A stretch of DNA of 63,909 bases, filler included, from Octopus bimaculoides (taxonomy: Eukaryota): the NCBI RefSeq assembly GCF_001194135.2. It is 5 parts of 4 records of this genome, joined end to end, with 100 filler letters (N's around TTAATTAATTAA, not from the genome) between each part and the next. Parts side by side here need not be neighbours in the genome. Positions count along the whole stretch, not along the records: positions 38,457 to 45,890 come from NC_068981.1; positions 45,991 to 60,711 come from NC_068983.1; 3 more parts are not named here. The stretch is one strand, 5' to 3'. Below, in pieces: positions 38,505 to 51,218 of this stretch; the first letter of the stretch is position 1; each line of letters starts with the position of its first letter. The notes under the pieces are model-generated. The model had not been told where the DNA came from, did no database searches, and saw only the letters and a program-made list of their open reading frames with translations. The position numbers and the translations under genes are program-made.

Positions 38505-38849
38505 GTTATATATCAAAGCAATTTTAAATTGAAGGCTAACTCAGTACTTTTTAGAAAATGTCCTATTTGTTGATCTTTACAAAGATATTGTCAGTGACTT
38601 GGAAATTCCATTTAACCAGATGTCGAATTAGTTTGCTATGATTGCTTGTGTTTTTATTTAATTTTTCCTCTTCTTTATTTATAATTTTACATGAACGTCT
38701 GTTGACAACTGATCTCTACTAACGTGCTCAATGTCATTTCTCTGTCCACGATCATTAAGTTCCAGGATTTTTTGCAGAGTGTGGAACCAGTTATCAGACA
38801 CAATTATTCCCACGTTTAGTTTGACTCGGAGATGTAGCACCTGTCAGGG

Positions 38850-39290
38850 CTTCAGCTTTTGGTTAATTAGCATATAAATAAAAACGATCGGGAATGAGGA
38901 ACCCCCAGCCATGTGTAGTCACAGCATTTTTCTAGGAGAGGGTACTCTGATGTAGAACCGACAGCTTCACCTGATTACTGGTCATCTCACTTCCGCCCGT
39001 CAGTGGGCACTAATCACGGAGCTTCAGAGACTGGTATTCAGGTTGTACAAGCGTTTATTACAATAATCCAATGACGTACAGATGTCTATTTAGGGTAACC
39101 TCACTTGTCATTCCATCTACTGAATGTCCTATGACGATGGAAGAGTGGTGACTTGTGCAGACCTAACTAGTTGGCAGCGCGCAGTTACAAAGCAGCGGGA
39201 CTGAGAGGTCATGGGCGGAAAGTCAGAAATGTCATTGACATCGAGGAAGCACAAGGGGACGCCAATCACCCGTGGAAACAGAGCAGTCAC
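38850..39290 (-). mobile_element. Ancient CR1/L2-like RT relic
   Basis: Minus-strand VIGVPLCFLDVNDISD (compare VLGPLLFLIYINDL) and downstream YPLLEKCCDYTW (compare RPILEYCCHIW). Confidence 0.45.
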
Positions 39291-41406
39291 CACATGTACG
39301 TATGTGTATGTATGTATGTATGTATGTATGTATGTATGTATGTATGAATGTATGCATGCATGCATATCTGTATATTTGTTTGAATCTATGTGTATATGTA
39401 TGTATGCATATGTCTGTGTTTATGTATGTATGTACGCCTGTATGTGTGTGTGTGTGTGTGTGCGTGAATGTATGTATGCATATATATGTCAGTGCATACA
39501 TATATATATATATATATTAATACATGCAAGTAGTAACTACATCACCCACGAGTTATATATTCTAAGATATACAGTATTTTTCGCTAGCTTTTTGCCAACA
39601 TATAGAACATCGAATATCGAATTGCAACGAAATGGCTGAATTTTATGCCCGATTTCCAGTACTCAACGTTACTCATTTTCGACCATCTGTATGTATGTGT
39701 GTATGTATGTCTGTATGTATGTATGTACGTACGTACGTACGTACGTATGGATGGATGGATGGATGGATGGATAAATGAGTGCGTGTATGTACATGTGTAT
39801 GTACATGTGTATGTACATGTGTATGTACATGTGTATGTGTATGTACATGTGTAAATATATATACATGTAAGTGAATGTATGCCTGGGCGTGCATTAGAAT
39901 CTGTTCGCTTCATATTATTTAGAATAATTCTGTAGACAGTAGTATTGGTGCATCTAACGCAACTGAAATAAGTGTTAATTTACTTGGTTAACTTAACCTC
40001 ATTGAATTTCTTCAGCTATCGATTTTTTTCAGTCTACAGAGGTAAGATGATGCCCTCAATTTCCTTAGGCTCTTCTGGACTGGGTGATCTGTATACATAC
40101 GTGAGTTCAGTGAAATTGGCCTTCTGTCTAATCAAAAAAAAAATCAATATACCATCATATTTAATAGAGAATAATTCTGTTTGTTTTGACTTAATTTTTT
40201 TTTCTTTCTTCGCCATCTCGGATATCTAAGGTCTGTATTTCATTGATTTATTTTTTGCGATGATAGAAACGAAGTTAAGATATTTGTTCATTCAAGTTAC
40301 AACATCCGTTGTTATGTAATGCTTGTTACACCTAAAACTTCTTTAATTTTGCAAACAATACATACAAGTATTAACTACATCACCCACGAGTTATATATCC
40401 TAGATATACACTATTTTTCGCCAGCTTTTTGCCAACATATAGAACATTGAATATCGAATTGCAACGATTTTTATGCTCCGATTTCCAGTAATCAGCGTTT
40501 CTCATTTCCGATCATCTGCTGCTAAACCGAGCCTGGTTTTCTTGAGAAATATCTACTGTCTGAATATTTTTTGAAATCGTATGATATAAAAGTATGAAGA
40601 AAAATCTTATCCTTATGTTCTGTTTGTAAACCTTTGTGAACGACGACAATTGCGAAAACGACTGCTTCATACTCTCACTTTTGATTTCCTGTTCCGGTTC
40701 TCGCGGTAATGTTATTTTAAACGGCATACACTGCACTACAAGCTAAATCATGAAACTGTGTTGCTGTTGAAGCAATGGTCCCAAATAATAATTTGAAATA
40801 ATAATTTCAATTAATGTTTATAGAAAACAATCGGTATGTACGTGGGTATTGATTTTGCATGCGCCTGCGCAGACGCTTACACACTCACACACACACACAC
40901 ACAACACACACACATACACACACACACAANNNNNNNNNNNNNNNNNNNNNNNNNNNNNNNNNNNNNNNNNNNNNNNNNNNNNNNNNNNNNNNNNNNNNNN
41001 NNNNNNNNNNNNNNNNNNNNNNTATATATATATATATATATGCACACTCATACACACTTATATACATAGGATTATGTATTCATGTATACAGATATACATA
41101 TATACAAGCAACTATACTACTAAAATGTATCAATTAAAAGTTTCGAAATCAACATTTTTTTAATGAACCCGAAAGAAATTCAAGGAGGCTTGTATTTGCA
41201 TAAAAGATACTTAACCACGTGAATACAAGGCGTTAGCAGCTCAGTTCTTTTGTTCAAACTGTTACCGCTTTGAGTCAAAATTCTCGATTTTTCGAGCAAG
41301 CAAAAGTTACAGTGCATCATTGATTTGAAACTCCCGTTCTTGTATTATAGATAGTTGCACACTCTCTATAATAAACCAGGTAATATTGAATTCATGAGGT
41401 CTTGTC

Positions 41407-41949
41407 TCACGCGAGAACCATATTCGACAAAGCCGCAGCACATTTTCTATCGAGGCTGACAAATGAACGTTTGTGCTTGCAGTAACTGTTTTTGAATGTG
41501 AGTTCCGTTACTCCAATATATATTTTAGGTTCATTACTGTTGGTTGATTCAGCGTTAGCACTGTATATTATCGACTTTGCCAGACAGTTACCGTTTAGAG
41601 GACAATACTCACAAATTTTACAGTTGCATGATCTATGTTGGCTACCTGTTTGCATCTCTCTTCTATTCAGCCGTACAGCATTATAACCTCTGATAAAACA
41701 ACCAGGATTCTTGCAAGCTGAATAAGTAACTTTAACACAGTTCCTATTCAATATTTTTCTATATTTATGCCCTGGAGGAAAATGGTGATCTTTTAAATTA
41801 AGGAATTCTGTAGCTATATTAGTATTTATTGGTAGGTTAAATACTGGGTTGTACCATAAAATGCTGCTTTCCCTATTCCTGTTCTTACGCTGTGTTCCCA
41901 ATGTTTTTACGTATCTAATCTTATCAGAGAACCCACTATTTTTTAGCAA
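41407..41949 (-). mobile_element. Penelope-like element linker plus GIY-YIG fragment, open for 180 codons
   Basis: WYNPVFNLPINTNIA..HHFPPGHKYRKILNRNCVKVTYS..CPLNGNCLAKSIIYSA..IYIGVTELTFK. Confidence 0.9.
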
Positions 41950-42234
41950 CCTGCTACACCCATAAAAACATCGTCATCAACCGTTTTCGCACGTGTCGTT
42001 CACAAAGGTTTACAAACAAGCTTTTTCTTCAAACTTTCATTTTATATTTCAAAACATATTCAGACAGTGGATATTTCTAAAGGAAACCAGGCTCGGTGTA
42101 CCAGCAGAAGATAGGAAACGAGTAACACTGAGTGCTGGCAAGTGGAGCCTTTCAGTTATAATGTATTAAAGAATATTCTACATGAGTATTGAGTCCTGTA
42201 ATTTATCGGTTCTGGTGAATCTATAGAGATTTGA

Positions 42235-42268
<34 letters not shown>

Positions 42269-42869
42269 GCATGTATGTATATATTGTTTGACGTCATAAG
42301 AATTTTTAAATTTTTGAGAGAACGTGAAATAATTACCTTTTAGAAACAGTGAATCTCGAAGCACACATAAAGCTATAAATAATGGCATGTAAATATCGAA
42401 ATGAGAAATCCTTTTGGATAGAAATATATTTCTTGAAAGACTTGATCTGTGACTGGAACAATTACATCATGGTAGAATCATTAAAGTTATTTCAGCCATT
42501 TAAGAAACATGAAATATAATTATCTTTTTTTCAGTATGTTTTGTTTATAATCTTCATAGCATTGTCTTCTACGAACTGTCAACAAGTTCTCTTCCATCCA
42601 TGTAACCTGGTGACCGAGAGTCTGTGGAATTGTCACGAATAAAACAAAAACAAAATTCTGTCACCAGCTAAACACATAAGTATGCTGTGTCTTACCAATG
42701 TTTTTGTGAGATTTGTGGTATATTTACATTGGAAGCATAGTTTTTCGTTGAGTGACAGCGGGGTACCATTTTTTTTTCTCGGGCCCTAACATTCATAAGG
42801 TTGGTTCCATGATGTATAAGCAACCAGGATTACAATATACCTTCTGAACGAGATGCCGGTCCGTAGCAG

Positions 42870-43072
42870 GATGCAAGGCTATCAATTTTGCGGATAAGAG
42901 ACAAGCCGATTACGTCAGCCCTTGTGCTTGGTTGGTACTTTATTTCATTGGGTCCGAAGAGATGTAAAGCTAACTTGATCTGGGTAGTATTTGAACTCAG
43001 ATCGTAAAGAGCCGGAAGAAATACCGCTAAGCTTTCCGTCAGACATGTTAATGATTCTGCCTGTTCATCACT
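42870..43072 (-). mobile_element. SINE family A, decayed
   Basis: TTTGAACTCAGATCGTAAAGA..AAATACCGCTAAGC..GATTCTGCC is the reverse complement of the consensus head. Confidence 0.7.
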
Positions 43073-43649
43073 TGGCATAAGTATATTTATGTGATATGGT
43101 CTCTGTTGTGATTTAACATAGCCTGCCTTATAGGGTATATCATCTGACATTTTTATCTTCTCTGTTACTGTTGTAATATTACCTCTTGTTGTTGTTGTTG
43201 TTGTTATAGCTGTTTAACACCAGGCCAAGCATGACATCCAACATATCTATGATAAAAATGTAATTTTTAATACATACTCACACACACACATTTACACACA
43301 CTCACACACACACACTCTCACGCACACACATACTCACATACATTCACACACACACACAAACACACAAACACACACACACACTCTTCCTGATTCTATTAGG
43401 ATTTTTCATTTGTGTTTATTTCCACCACATCCTGTATTATGGTAACGTTTGTAGCATTTTTTTAAAATCCATGAAAGTGTTTTTCAGACCATCAGTATAA
43501 TATTGCTCTATGGTTTAAATATTTTTGCGAGTCATGTTTACGCTGTATAACATTTACTAATTTTGTTATTGATGGTTGTTCAGAGTATGTAATGCCTGAG
43601 GTTTCAGACGTTGGCTAAATTAAGTGTAGTGTTGTGGCTTTGAATAAGA

Positions 43650-43775
43650 AGATAATGGCGGTACTTCCGGTTTTCATTGTGCTTACTTAGTCTTTGCACT
43701 TTGTGCAAGTTCTTTTATGTTTTGTCTTGCCTGTATGCACGTGAATTGTTGCTCTTGTTTCTATGGCTACACCAT
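43650..43775. promoter_or_regulatory. Candidate promoter motif cluster (YY1-like, ETS, RFX X-box-like)
   Basis: AATGGCGG at 43654-43661 next to ACTTCCGG at 43663-43670; GTTTCTATGGCTAC at 43757-43770. Confidence 0.4.
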
Positions 43776-43937
43776 CCGATGTGGATTATATACTTTTTGC
43801 AACTGGTTTTCTGTCAACTCTAAATTGCAGCCGTATTAACTAATTTTAAATCCCTTAATACCAATATATCGCCGAGTAAAATCACGAAAAAAGTAATTCA
43901 AACCTGCTACAAAGGATTTTTCGTTATTTCGTTTGAT

Positions 43938-45598
43938 AAGGCGGCGAGCAGGCAGAATCGTTAGCACGCCAGGCAAAATGCTTAGCGGTATTTCGTCTGT
44001 CTTTACATTCTGAGTTCAAATTCCACCGAGATAGACTTTGCCTTTCATCCTTTCGGGTTCGATAAATTAATTACCAGTTGCGTAGTGGGGTCGATCTAAT
44101 CGACTGGTTCCCTCCCCCAAAATTTCGGGCCTTGTGCCTATAGTGGAAAAGAATATAAAAGGCGGCGAGCTGGCAGAAACGTTAGCACGCCGAGCGAAAT
44201 GCTTAGCGGTATTTCATCTGTCTTTATGTTCTGAGTTCAAATTCCACCGAGATAGACTTTACCTTTCATCTTTTCGGGGTCGATAAATGAAGTACCAGTT
44301 GCGTAGTGGAGTTGGTGTAATTAACTGCCCCCCCCCCCGAAATTTCAAGCCTTGTGCCTAGAGTAGAAAAGAATTATTAGTGTTTCAGAATAAGTACTTT
44401 GTAGCATTTCTTCAAGCATTTTACGTTCTGGTTTTAATTTTCGCCAAGGCCAAAGGTTTTAGTCTAGTACTAGGGGTTGCGTAATCTACTTACCCCTTTC
44501 CTTTAAAATTGCTGAACTTGTGCATAAATTTGAAAACATTAAAACAGTGAGTTTGCGGAAACTTTAGAGCAGTGGACTAAATACTTAGCTACATATTTTC
44601 TGGATCGTTACTTTCTGAGTTCAACTTTGCCTTTCATTTTTCGAAGTCACCAAGAATAAAATGTCATACAAGTACTAGGGGTCGATGTAATCGATGTAAT
44701 CGATTATTCCCTATAAAATAACGTCGGCCTTATGCCAGAATTCAAAACCATTAAAGCAGTGATCTGGCAGAATCGTCAGTGCGTCGGACAAAATGCTTAG
44801 CAGTATTTCATCTGGATCTCTACGGTCTGAATTCAAATCCCTCCAAGGTCAGCGTAGCTTATCATCCATTCGGAATCGACAAAATGAAGTATGAGTCTAA
44901 TATTTGGATCGATGTAATCGATGTAATTGATTTGTAACCTCCCCTAAAAATTTCCACTCGAAACAGTTATCATAATTATGGCGGTTATTTCGTTTGTCTT
45001 TACGTTCTGAGTTCAAATTCCGCCGAGGTTGATTTTGCCTTTCATCCTTTCGGGGTTGATAAATTAAGTACCAGTTGCGTACTGGGGTTGATCTAATCGA
45101 CTGGCTCCCTCTCATAAAATTTTGGGCCTTGTGCCTAGAAAAGAAACGAATATTTTAAGGCGGCGAGCTGGCAGAATCGTTAGCACGCCGGGCGAAATGC
45201 TTAGCGGTATTTTGTCTGTCTTTACGTTCTGAGTTCAAATTCCGCCGACGTCGACTTTGCCTTTCACCCTTTCGGGGTTCGATAAATTAATTACCAGTTG
45301 TGTACTGGGGTCGATCTAATTGACTGTCCCCCTCCCCCAAAATTTCGGGCCTTGTGCCTAGAGTAGAAAAGATCGTAATTATGGCGGTGATTTGGCCGAA
45401 TCGTTAATGCGTCTGACAAAATGCTCAGCAGCGTTTCTACTGATTCTTAACGTTCTGAGTTCAAATCCTGCCGTGGCCAACTTTGCTTTTCCTCCTTTCG
45501 GGTTCGATAAAATAATTACCCATTGAGAACTGAAATCCAGTTAATCCACTGACCCTCTCCAAAAATTTCAGGCCTTGTACCTATAGTAGAAAGGATTA
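43938..45598 (+). mobile_element. Head-to-tail array of 8 SINE family A units (about 170-220 bp each)
   Basis: Unit starts near 43938, 44158, 44380, 44546, 44753, 44978, 45157 and 45378, with recurring A-box-like TGGCAGAATCG and B-box-like GAGTTCAAATTCC in the better-preserved units. Confidence 0.9.
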
Positions 45599-45810
45599 TT
45601 ATTATTATTATTATTATTATTGTCATCATTATTATTATCATTATAATTCAGTAAGAGAGCAGTGCATGCCATCAAAGTGACACTGGGGTACAAATATGCG
45701 AAGCCCAGTATATCCATCATGACTACTTGTCTGATAAGGGTACACCAGGCACATGCATCACACCAACACCCGTTGTCAAGCAGTGTTTGGGAAACAAACA
45801 CAGACACAAA

Positions 45811-45859
<49 letters not shown>

Positions 45860-46189
45860 CGCACGTACACACACATGTATGTATGTATGTNNNNNNNNNN
45901 NNNNNNNNNNNNNNNNNNNNNNNNNNNNNNNNNNTTAATTAATTAANNNNNNNNNNNNNNNNNNNNNNNNNNNNNNNNNNNNNNNNNNNNGGACTTTCCC
46001 TGTCTTCATATCCTTAATTATTTTATCTACCAAGGTATTATCAATTTGGATAGCTGGTGTTATATGGACTGTTAGATATGTAATTCTATATATGGCGGAC
46101 ATGACTTTTGTTTATTCATAACGAACATTGGTTGAGTGCGTTCTTTGTATGTAATTGAATAAATGTAATAATTAAATTTGTATAACTCG

Positions 46190-46985
46190 TTGTGTTATCT
46201 CTACGAGTCTTCCGAGGGAAACATAACAGCTGGTCCCTCAGTTTGGTCAATATTTGGCAGGCTCTCTTCCTCCCATTCATTCTCAACATTCAGCAGTCTT
46301 TCAGAATGGCATTTCTGAGCCTCTTTCTTTGCAGAATCATTAAAAGTAAGTGCACCATCATCCATGCAGACACATTTCTCTCCTATGACATCATGATTTT
46401 CTCTCACACATTGTCTTGCAATCTGAAATACTTCAGTTCGTTGGTCCTCATGGCACTGAACATAAGAAAACTTCTTTTCTGCTTCTCTCTTGGCTAGATA
46501 TACCTGTCTCCTAGCTTCCCTTCTGTCTATCTGATACAGTTCCCTGCTACCCCTTCTCTCCAGGCTTGTTTCTTTGCTCTAATGGCCCTGTCTACCGCAT
46601 CATTCCACCACCATGTTACTCTAAGTCTGATTGGGAGTTTGCACCAGCTGCAGATTTGGTCTGTGGCACTCAGCAGGCTGTCCCACAGGAATTCCCAGTT
46701 GCCTTCTATGTTACAAGTCTGTAGCTCTCATTAAATTCCTCAATTATGATGTCCCTAAATCTCTGACCATATGAAGAGTCTTTAAACTTTCAAATCCTTC
46801 TTTTCCAGATTGGTCTGCTTCTTGGCATCCCTGGAGTCTAAAATCACTAATGTCTAGTCTATGTTGCAGGGTACATTCATCATCAGAGAGGGTCTTTCTA
46901 CTTAAGAGTAACCATGCATCCCACTGTCTGGTGAGAATGTAATCGATCTGGCTAGCACAGTCACATGATTCATTGGTTATCAGCA
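46190..46985 (-). mobile_element. RTE LINE fragment (endonuclease C-terminus and pre-RT region)
   Basis: SQIDYILTR..ECTLQHRL and EKCVCMDDGALTFNDSAKKEAQKCHSERLLNVENEW; homologous to 36715-37040. Confidence 0.85.
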
Positions 46986-47170
46986 TGCCGGGTAAAATGC
47001 TTAGCAGTATTTCATCAGTCTTTATATTCTGAGTTCAAAGTCCGCCAAGGTTGACTTTGCCTTTCATCCTTTTGGGGTTGATAAATTAACAACCAGCTGC
47101 ATTCCGGGGTCGATCTAATCAACTGGTCCCCTCCTCAAAAATTTTGGGCCTTATGCCTAGAGTAGAAAAG
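46986..47170 (+). mobile_element. SINE family A abutting the RTE fragment
   Basis: CCGGGTAAAATGCTTAGCAGTATTTC..GGCCTTATGCCTAGAGTAGAAAAGA. Confidence 0.85.
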
Positions 47171-48227
47171 ATGCCAGTACAATCATTTGTGGGAGACTTG
47201 ACACAGAAACTATTTTTACACCAAAATGCATGTTGTCGCTGTAGCAAAACAGTGCAATATTTTAAAGCCAGCAGAGAGAAAAGTGCATTAGCTGATCTAA
47301 TTACAGCATACACAAAGCTACTCACATCAATACACAAGGCCACCACAATTATAAACTTTACAAAAAGCACTCAAACCCTCTCTGAACATAATTATCTGCA
47401 AGATTCACCGGAAATCAATAATGGAAAAGATATTCAATGTGCTTTGTCCCCAAATTCATTCTAGAGAATATAAAATTTAAGAATTTTCTTGTTAAATATA
47501 TATGCCTTACTCTTTTTGATATTAACCCAATTGAGACCATTCCTATTCTTATTAAACAAACCTCTTATTTTAAAAACTGGAGCTTTGTATAATAGAGATA
47601 GGAATGGTCTCAAGTGGCATCAAAATTTCATGTTAGTATACTTTCCAAACAATTTAATTATGAAGTTATTTCACTAAATTCTTTATTTCCAAAATTGAAA
47701 CAAATTCAGTGTATATCAACAGAAATATGGTAAAAAAGATCGAATATATGCCAATAATGTTAAATGTATGCATGAAACATGTCCCAAGAAAGTTCCCATG
47801 CAATAAAGAACAAAATCACAAATGAATTATTAAACAGGTAACTCAATGAAAAAGAAAGAACCAGACACGGATATCACTTACAGAATAAAGTTCTTTGAAG
47901 AAGATAACCAATCAGCAAAAGAAGCAAGTCCTGTGGTAAGCTTCGGCACAAGTATCACCATTTTTGAAAAGAAACATCTTGCGTGCTTTAAGAAATAGAC
48001 CTGTTTTGTAAAAGAAGTGAATTTCACAAAGTGTATGTGCGCATGTGTGTACCAACATCTTAAAGCACTCGAAGGATTTTCGTGTCATTTGACTGTGGCC
48101 ATGCTGGAGCATCACAGTGTGTGTTTTCCACATAAAACCATTGGTATCAATGTTAATTTACAAATTGTGTGTGTGTATACGTGCCTCTGTGTGTGTGTGC
48201 ATGTGTGTGTGTATGTATGTATGTATG

Positions 48228-48270
<43 letters not shown>

Positions 48271-49274
48271 CCAAATATGAAAACAGAAAGAGCTTAGCAC
48301 ATCTTTAATGACTATTTACAATTGTTCTGGTACCACTCTGAATTTAATGCCATTGCATGCAAAAGTTCCATATGAAAAGTTACATAATATTTGTGGTTTT
48401 AAACAATAGAGTGGCACTTCATCAGACTTGTATCAAAAAGTGTGCTCTTGCATTATGCAGCAGTTGAGCATTGTATGTTGCTTACATTAGGAGGAAACAA
48501 TAATTTTGACATAAGAATAAAAATGGTGAAAAAGCAGACAGAACCTAGACAATAGTAATACCAAATCAGATAAAGATAAAATTAGAAGAAAAGAAGCTGT
48601 GTGTGATGTGTTTTCAGGAACCTTTATTCTAAAACATAATAATTACACGTTCTCTTGAAATGTTATATGTGTTTGTGTGGGTGAGTGTATATGTGTGTAG
48701 GCATAACAGCAACGAAAAAGGACAATAACACAGAATGTTTTAATCCTATGACAAGTAAGTTGGTTGTAGGCATGACTCCTGAAAGAAAAAACATTCTTCA
48801 AAGGTTGTGAAACAAAATATTTCTAAATTCAAAATGGCAAAAGTGAAAGTAATGTCCCAAATACAAGGATTGTCTTATTACTGCATCTACATTTAATTTT
48901 TTTTATTTTATTTCTGTCAAATTATCCAAATTCCAGAAATATATTACCCATCTGTATGTTGTGAACGTATAAATTATCATATATATCCAAATCCCCCTGT
49001 AGTGCACAGATCGCTTCCTCTATCTACTGGGTTTCCTGCTGCTTTAGCTCTGCTTTTTTACAAACACTCTGAGACCATACTGGGTGTATAGTGACAGATG
49101 AGAAAACATGTGTGCATAAATATCAGAAAGCGAGGAGGCTACATGATAGTTTCCTAATTTGGGAAGATAGCATAGAGAGAAAGATGTTATTTTTCATTAA
49201 AAATGTTTTAACTAACACATACATATCTAAATAAAAGCCACACCTAAAATGATCAACATAAGCATGGCCTGTTC

Positions 49275-49369
<95 letters not shown>

Positions 49370-49910
49370 CGCACGCAAAAGTTTGGTAATGGAAACAGGA
49401 AAATAGAACTCAAAGCATGAGTATATATACATCTTTTATGAATAATTGATGAAATTTACAGAAATGGAAATTAATTAGTTTCCAAACCACATAATGCTGA
49501 TGAAATAAAAATGTATATAAACGTGCGCTGCATTATTCAGTAAAATGTCTGTGTAATTAGAAAAAAATGACAATGTATTCATAAGTTTACGGTTTGCCAA
49601 TCATAAGCGTGTTTGAATGTCAGTTTACCAACTCTAAGAAATTACAAGAATGTTTGTATGTATAACAACAATAATGGATCATAACGAAGGACAAGTGTCT
49701 GAAGCATCAAGACCCTTTCCTTCTCCTTTCAAGCATTAGACTAACATCTTTGTAAAAATTTGTCCCTCTTGTATTTTCCTTATTTTTACTCATTTTCTGT
49801 GTGTGTGTAAATGTTTGTGAGAATATTTTTTTTATGTTGTAATAAAAACAATTTTATACTAAATTAAAATATTACTTAATAGTTGGGGTTGAGTACATAT
49901 ATATATATAT

Positions 49911-50008
49911 GTTCTCTACCAAAAACATTATTATAACAACATAAAAACAAGCATATATATATATATATGTTCTCTACCAAAAACATTATTATAACAACAT
50001 AAAAACAA

Positions 50009-50010
<2 letters not shown>
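49911..50010. repeat. Perfect 42-bp direct duplication separated by (TA)n
   Basis: GTTCTCTACCAAAAACATTATTATAACAACATAAAAACAAGC at 49911 and 49969. Confidence 0.95.
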
Positions 50011-50077
<67 letters not shown>

Positions 50078-50164
50078 TACATACATTCTTTTGCTCTGTA
50101 ACACATTTCAGTTCAAAGGCTGTGGCCATGTTGAAACACTGCCAGTGTTATCACCTTTTCAGTA

Positions 50165-50810
50165 GCCATTCATATGTAATTGGTTTTTGATGTAGGAGGG
50201 CGTTTGATATTGCTGCTCTCTTCTGACTTATTTGCTGTGGTGTAGGTTCATCTGAGACTTTGGACAGCAGGAGGTCAAGGTGTTTCTTGAAAACATCTAC
50301 CTCTACTCCATGAAGATCTCTCAGATGTTTTGGTGAGCTATTAAATAGCTGTGGTATTAAAACCCCAAGCTATTGCAGTATGTGGTCCTTACACTAAGCA
50401 GGGTGGCAGTAACCTCTGAAACAGTGTAGTGACATCCAGTTCGGGGGCTGGTATAGCTTTCAATGTCAAAGTTTGGTGTCAACCCCTCCAGGATCTTCCA
50501 TATGTATATCACTACATATCTCTCCCATCTTCACTCCAGGGAGTAGAGTCATAGCTCTTTCAGCCTCTCCCAGTAGCTCAGCTCTTCTACTGATGCAATC
50601 TTCCTGATGTAGCAACTGCCTCAAGTTTTGTTATTGATTTGACACTGTGGGGTGACTGCAATTGAGAGCAGTAGTCCAGATAGCTGAGAACAAATGTTCT
50701 CCATGGAACCTACATACTTTCCTGGTCCCTTGTTCTTAAAGTTTTCAGAATCCAACCAACAATTTGCCTGTGCATTGCTACCATATAGGTGATATGCACA
50801 TGAACTGAAG
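50165..50810 (-). mobile_element. CR1-group LINE ORF2 3' fragment
   Basis: Minus-strand LSYLDYCSQL..LSYWERLKEL*LYSLE*RWERYVVIYIWKILEG..QLFNSSPKHLRDL..FKKHLDLLL. Confidence 0.85.
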
Positions 50811-51107
50811 CATTGTTGTTCATATCAATTCCAAGATCACGCATTCTACTTGACTCTGAGATTGCCACTCTTTTGGGTCCATACAAACATAATTTTCACT
50901 TTTAATTCTGATGTACCCACAAAATATTGCCCCATTTCCACACTGGTTATTGTCTATACAATGATAGTTATATACCAGAGGGTTTGGAAATACAAATTTA
51001 AGATGGGACAGAATTCAACATGGAGTATAACATCTTAATTTGCAAGATGAATCACAGCAAGTTTTATATAAATTAGTATATATTTAGTATGTATGTATAT
51101 ATGTATG

Positions 51108-51163
<56 letters not shown>

Positions 51164-51183
51164 CATATGTGCATATACATATA

Positions 51184-51218
<35 letters not shown>

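Noticed and set aside
38936-39033. Plus-strand exon RGYSDVEPTASPDYWSSHFRPSVGTNHGASET
   Set aside because: The opposite strand is better explained as a CR1/L2 RT relic.
40480-40530. CAGATGA..GAAAC on the minus strand of the PLE-flanking repeat as a hammerhead
   Set aside because: The core is not conserved across the three copies and there is no GUH in the right place.
43938-45598. CRISPR array or satellite DNA
   Set aside because: Units are about 200-bp SINE copies also found dispersed; there is no repeat-spacer pattern, no cas genes, and the context is eukaryotic.
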